A stretch of DNA of 64,000 nt, from NCBI GenBank assembly GCA_963662795.1, contig OY759746.1:2592001-2656000 (forward strand), read 5' to 3'. Origin of the DNA: Spirochaetia bacterium (GTDB lineage: Bacteria > Spirochaetota > Spirochaetia > CADAEX01). The notes beneath the pieces were generated by a model, which was given only the letters and a program-made list of their open reading frames with translations, was not told where the DNA came from and did no database searches. This document shows positions 59,354 through 64,000 of this stretch, piece after piece; position 1 is the first letter of the stretch; each line of letters starts with the position of its first letter. The translations under genes were made by a program, and so were the position numbers.

Positions 59354-60247
59354 ATGGATGATAAAAAAAAGGCAAAACAGATTGTAATTATAAGCGGCAA
59401 GGGCGGAACAGGCAAGACAAGCATTACCGCATCCTTTGCCGCATTGAGCAGGGATTCTGTCCTTGCAGACTGCGATGTAGATGCTGCGGACCTTCATCTT
59501 GTAACATCGCCCCGCAGAATTGCCGTAAACAGCTTTATAAGCGGAAATGAGGCGGTAATAAACCCCGATATCTGCACCGGGTGCGGCCGGTGCGCGGATC
59601 TGTGCCGGTTCGATGCAATTTCAAGGGATGAAACGACAGGCGGATATTTTGTTCTTCCTGTCTCCTGCGAGGGGTGCGGTGTATGCGTTGACAACTGCCC
59701 TGCCGGTGCTGTTGATTTTCCTGAAAGAAGGTGCGGAGAGTGGATGATATCGGAAACAAAATACGGTACAATGGTTCATTCGCGCCTTGATGCCGGCGCG
59801 GAAAATTCGGGAAAACTTGTCACGCTTGTAAGAAATGAAGCAGTAACTGCTGCTGAAAGGGAAAGCGCGGATTTGATTCTTATAGACGGACCTCCGGGTA
59901 TCGGCTGCCCTGTAATTGCATCTCTTACAGGCACAGATTATATCCTTGCTGTTACAGAACCTACCATGTCCGGCCGCCACGATCTTATGAGGGTGCTTGA
60001 TCTTTCAGGGCATTTTAATATACCTGTTTTTGTCTGTATAAATAAATGGGATATAAATCCTGAAATTACGATGGATATTGAAAAACTTTCAGCGGAAAAA
60101 AATGCGGAAATTCTGGGACGGATACCGTACGATATGAATATTACACTGGCCCAGATTAAAGGCATAAGCGCTGTAGAAATAACAGAGAGTATTGCGGCAA
60201 AGGAGATAATAGCAATATGGAAGAAACTAAAACAGAAAATTCTGTAA
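59354..60247 (+). CDS. MinD-like P-loop ATPase with inserted 2x[4Fe-4S] ferredoxin (second paralogue)
   Basis: SGKGGTGKT, DCDVDAADL, CTGCGRCADLC, CEGCGVCVDNCP, ENSGKLV, DGPPGIGCP. Confidence 0.92.
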   Translation: MDDKKKAKQIVIISGKGGTGKTSITASFAALSRDSVLADCDVDAADLHLVTSPRRIAVNSFISGNEAVINPDICTGCGRCADLCRFDAISRDETTGGYFVLPVSCEGCGVCVDNCPAGAVDFPERRCGEWMISETKYGTMVHSRLDAGAENSGKLVTLVRNEAVTAAERESADLILIDGPPGIGCPVIASLTGTDYILAVTEPTMSGRHDLMRVLDLSGHFNIPVFVCINKWDINPEITMDIEKLSAEKNAEILGRIPYDMNITLAQIKGISAVEITESIAAKEIIAIWKKLKQKIL

Positions 60248-61029
60248 TTGATGAAAGACTTTCAAAAGTCAAAAACAAGATAGTGGTGCTATCCGGGAAA
60301 GGGGGAGTCGGCAAAAGCACTTTTGCGGTAAATTTTGCATCCTCCCTTGTTCAGGAAGGATTTACTGTCGGGCTTCTGGATGCGGATATTCACGGCCCGA
60401 GCATTCCCACAATGCTTGGAATAAGGGATGAACAGGCTATGGCCAGGGATGGTGTAATTAGCCCTGTAAACGTTGACGGAATAAGGGTAATGTCAATCGG
60501 TTTTCTTTTAAGCGGGCAGGATGACCCTGTTATCTGGAGAGGCCCGATGAAAATGAATATCATAAAACAGTTCCTGCAGGATGTTGACTGGGGAGAGCTT
60601 GATTATCTTATTGTTGACTGTCCCCCGGGCACGGGTGACGAGCCGCTGTCTGTTTTTCAGCTTATCGGCGATGTAACAGGAGCAGTTATTGTGACAACAC
60701 CCCAGGAGGTCGCAGCCTCTGACGTAAGAAAGTCGGTCAATTTCTGCCTGCGGCTTGACCTTGATGTGCTAGGTATTGTGGAAAACATGAGCGGTTTTGC
60801 ATGTCCCCATTGCGGGAAGGTTACAGATATCTTTAAAAAAGGGGGCGGGAAGGTTATGGCGGATAAATTTCATGTTCCTTTTCTCGGTTCAATTCCAATA
60901 GACCCTTCCATTGGAATCTCGGGCGATGAAGGGACCCCTTTTGTAACCAGATTTGCAGGTTCGCCTTCACATCAGTCATTCGGTGAAATTGTGAATATGC
61001 TGAATAAATCAGATAAAATAAAAAAATAA
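60217..61029 (+). CDS. mrp: Mrp/NBP35/ApbC Fe-S carrier ATPase
   Basis: SGKGGVGKS, DADIHGPS, IWRGP, DCPPGTGD, VTTPQ, ENMSGFACPHC. Confidence 0.92.
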   Translation: MEETKTENSVIDERLSKVKNKIVVLSGKGGVGKSTFAVNFASSLVQEGFTVGLLDADIHGPSIPTMLGIRDEQAMARDGVISPVNVDGIRVMSIGFLLSGQDDPVIWRGPMKMNIIKQFLQDVDWGELDYLIVDCPPGTGDEPLSVFQLIGDVTGAVIVTTPQEVAASDVRKSVNFCLRLDLDVLGIVENMSGFACPHCGKVTDIFKKGGGKVMADKFHVPFLGSIPIDPSIGISGDEGTPFVTRFAGSPSHQSFGEIVNMLNKSDKIKK

Positions 61030-61048
61030 TGAATGGAGGAAATGAAAG

Positions 61049-61387
61049 ATGAAAATAGCTTTGCCGGTTTCCAACGGTATGCTTTGCATGCACTTCGGTC
61101 ATTGTGAAACATTCGCAATAGTTGAAGTAGATGAGAATAATTCTGTAATAAAGGGAAGGGAAGATGTTGTTCCCCCTCCGCATGAACCCGGGCTTCTTCC
61201 CAGATGGCTTGCGGAAAAAAAGGTTGATATGATTGTATCAGGCGGCATGGGGCAGAGGGCTCAGTCTCTTTTTTCAGAAAACGGAATAAAAGTCGTAATC
61301 GGCGCTCCTCCCGAGAGTCCTGAAAAAATTATTGATCAGTTTCTTAAAGGGACTCTTGTTACCGGTGCAAATGTCTGCGACCATTAA
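61049..61387 (+). CDS. NifB/NifX-family protein
   Basis: LCMHFGHCE, PPPHEPG, SGGMGQRA, C-terminal NVCDH. Confidence 0.88.
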   Translation: MKIALPVSNGMLCMHFGHCETFAIVEVDENNSVIKGREDVVPPPHEPGLLPRWLAEKKVDMIVSGGMGQRAQSLFSENGIKVVIGAPPESPEKIIDQFLKGTLVTGANVCDH

Positions 61388-61416
61388 TGTTAATATAAAC
61401 TGAAATTTGTTTATTC

Positions 61417-61447
61417 AAACCCGGCGGCAGGTCTGCCGGGTTTTTTC
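61417..61447 (+). terminator. Intrinsic terminator, likely bidirectional
   Basis: AAACCCGGCGG-caggt-CTGCCGGG followed by seven T. Confidence 0.85.
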
Positions 61448-61448
61448 A

Positions 61449-62618
61449 TCAGGTGTCGTATTTTATTCTGTCTGCAAGTTTTAAAATTTCAACCTGGCTT
61501 AACGGCCTTGTTATCTGGATTTTTTTATTCTGCGTAAGGTCAACAATAACGCTGTCTGTAAGTATAGTCCCATCTTCTGAAGTAAGTACTTTTATCACAG
61601 GTTCTTTCGGGTTTGCTGTATTTGTTTTTGTTACAACAGCAATGGAATTATTTGAAAGAAGTACCTTGGTTCCTATGGGATAGAAAGAAAGGGTGAAAAT
61701 CAGGGCTCTGACGATTTTATCGTCATACTGCTTACCCATCTCTTTCAGAATGTCAAGTATTCCGGCGTGCGCGTCCTTGCTGCCTTTAAACGGCCTTTTT
61801 TCTATGGCAGCACAGTATGAACTGATTACAGCAATTATTTTTCCATAGAAAGATATCTGATCACCTTGTAACTTCCTGGGGTATCCTGCCCCATTGTTCC
61901 TTTCCTGGTGTTCAAGAACTGCAATTGAGACCGCCGGCGGAAATGAAGCTTCCTGAAGTATTTTATAGCCGAGTATGGGATATGCCCTTATTGCTTTCCA
62001 TTCACTTTCCTTCAGTCCGCCGGGATTTGTAAGTATTGAATCCGGAATTTTCAGCATGCCGATTTTATGTGTCAGCGCTGCAGTTCCAAGTTCGATAGTT
62101 TTGTGGGGCGGAAGCTTAAGAAAATCAGCGAGGGCTATGCTTACAATTGCTGTTTTCACAGAATGGGATATAAGGTAATTATGTTCCGTAACTTTCAGGT
62201 TTGACATATCAAGTATGAAATTTCTCTTTTCCCTGATAAACGGAATTATTTTTTTTATCTGTTCAATTATATGATTATAGCTGATTATTTCCTTGTTCCT
62301 GTAAATGTCGAATGTGTTTTCAAGAAAACCGCAGATTTCCCTGAAAAATAACTGGGCTTCATTTCTTATCTCCTGACTTGCAAGATCATCGTTCAGATTT
62401 GCAGCCTTGACTCCCGCCTCTTCAATATCCGGCATGAGAGGCTGGCTTCCCGGTTCACCGTCAGTTAATACGCTTGCAAACTGCCATTTTTCCAGTTTTT
62501 CAATCAGCTGTGCTGTAACAGGGATATCGGGCGCGGTAATTATATATTTATCATCAAGATAAAGAGGTGCCGTATAATAGCTGTCCGGTTTTATCTGTTT
62601 AATAGTCAGAGATTTCAT
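61449..62618 (-). CDS. HD-GYP-family c-di-GMP phosphodiesterase-like protein with HK variant motif (PdeB-like)
   Basis: HSVKTA, ALTHKIGM, EHQERNNGAGYP, YPIGTKVLLSN. Confidence 0.85.
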   Translation of the reverse strand: MKSLTIKQIKPDSYYTAPLYLDDKYIITAPDIPVTAQLIEKLEKWQFASVLTDGEPGSQPLMPDIEEAGVKAANLNDDLASQEIRNEAQLFFREICGFLENTFDIYRNKEIISYNHIIEQIKKIIPFIREKRNFILDMSNLKVTEHNYLISHSVKTAIVSIALADFLKLPPHKTIELGTAALTHKIGMLKIPDSILTNPGGLKESEWKAIRAYPILGYKILQEASFPPAVSIAVLEHQERNNGAGYPRKLQGDQISFYGKIIAVISSYCAAIEKRPFKGSKDAHAGILDILKEMGKQYDDKIVRALIFTLSFYPIGTKVLLSNNSIAVVTKTNTANPKEPVIKVLTSEDGTILTDSVIVDLTQNKKIQITRPLSQVEILKLADRIKYDT

Positions 62619-62695
62619 AACTCATTATAATCCATATTTTAATTATATATTTTTTAGTATACTATACCAGTTATATTTATTATTGGAGTTTTTTC

Positions 62696-63493
62696 TTGAA
62701 ATATAAGCTAATTATACTGTTTTTCAATTTTTTTATGCTTTTTTCGTTTCTCGCGATCTTTTTTCTGCCGGTAAGCGTACTTGGATTTGAGTTTATCAGC
62801 GATTTCTGGGGAAAAAACTGGATATTTCTTATTATTTTTCTGCTGCTTATAATTTCGCTTAATGTGTTTTTCCTTGCCAACTGGTCAATACTGAAATATG
62901 TAGAAAAAGAGGACTGGAATTCCCTTATCCCGCTGCTTGAAAAGAGGATTTATAAAAATAATTTTATTACATATTCAAATGTAAGGCTCCTTGTGCATGC
63001 CTGTCTGCTCCGAAACAGCGGGGAGAGTCTCCTTAAGCTTGAAAATCATGTCAGGGATAAAAGAAAAAACCTTTACAGTAAAACATTTCTCATGTTTTCA
63101 TCCGGACATCTTTTAACTGATAAACCGGAAGTACTTGAAAAATATTTTGAAACAGCCTACAGGGATAAATCCCTTAAGGGGCAGGAGTGGATAGCTGTCA
63201 AATATGTACTTGCACTTGTAATAATAAATAAATATGACAAGGCCCTTGAAGTGCTTAAAGCAACTGAAGGAAAAAACAATTCGCCAGTTCTGACTCTTTG
63301 CAGAATCTACTTTACCTTTCTCTGCAGCCCGCCGGAAGAAAGGGACAGGATACTCGCGGCAAAAGATGATTTTATTTCAATAAATAACGCTAACAGCTTT
63401 GAGGCTGCCCTTGATAAAGAAAAGGGAGATATACATGTTCTTTTCCTTTCAAAGATTATAGAGCAGGCAAAAGAATGGGCTTATGGCATTTGA
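62696..63493 (+). CDS. Hypothetical membrane protein (two N-terminal TM helices, helical C-domain)
   Basis: 265-aa ORF with a TTG start and hydrophobic N-terminus. Confidence 0.75.
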   Translation: MKYKLIILFFNFFMLFSFLAIFFLPVSVLGFEFISDFWGKNWIFLIIFLLLIISLNVFFLANWSILKYVEKEDWNSLIPLLEKRIYKNNFITYSNVRLLVHACLLRNSGESLLKLENHVRDKRKNLYSKTFLMFSSGHLLTDKPEVLEKYFETAYRDKSLKGQEWIAVKYVLALVIINKYDKALEVLKATEGKNNSPVLTLCRIYFTFLCSPPEERDRILAAKDDFISINNANSFEAALDKEKGDIHVLFLSKIIEQAKEWAYGI

Positions 63494-63584
63494 CAGTACA
63501 AACAGAGATATTGACCATACTTCAAGAGCGCATTCTTGACCCTTAATTCTTTAATTTACTATAATGGCTTATTAATTTAACTAA

Positions 63585-64000
<416 letters not shown>

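Noticed and set aside
56360-61387. Nitrogen fixation cluster
   Set aside because: NifX-like folds and P-loop ATPases are present but nifHDK/ENB are not; the content fits an orp-type operon.

Overview
AT-rich bacterial chromosomal segment, most likely from an anaerobic spirochaete. This rests on inference from 'LFAGGxKE'-type secreted proteins, a ThrRS-N/uridine kinase fusion, clpS-clpA-aat and an HK-GYP/membrane protein/gltX neighbourhood. Contents in order: (1) a three-gene envelope operon (beta-barrel-like protein with a charged rod, membrane HD-GYP protein, LamG-like lipoprotein), the last two disrupted; (2) a secreted metallophosphoesterase facing an ABC importer plus HAD phosphatase; (3) parvulin, a decayed hybrid kinase, a chalcone-isomerase-like protein, an orphan ABC-type ATPase and mprF; (4) iscR-nifS-nifU; (5) clpS-clpA-aat-M16 peptidase; (6) a TetR-controlled RND pump; (7) a sigma54-driven TRAP/RidA/Fe-ADH/two LarA-family/racemase operon, with glycerate kinase downstream and a PrpR-type activator whose 3' end is amplified as a 79-bp tandem array with mostly synonymous variants; (8) RpiR-dehydrogenase-FGGY kinase-aldolase; (9) an unknown protein ending in a sliding-clamp motif behind a SOS-box-like site; (10) an OrpR-like activator and an orange-protein-type operon containing a radical SAM gene; (11) an HK-GYP gene and the 5' end of gltX. 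No rRNA, tRNA, CRISPR array, transposase or integrase was recognised. All functional calls come from reading motifs by eye; no searches were run.
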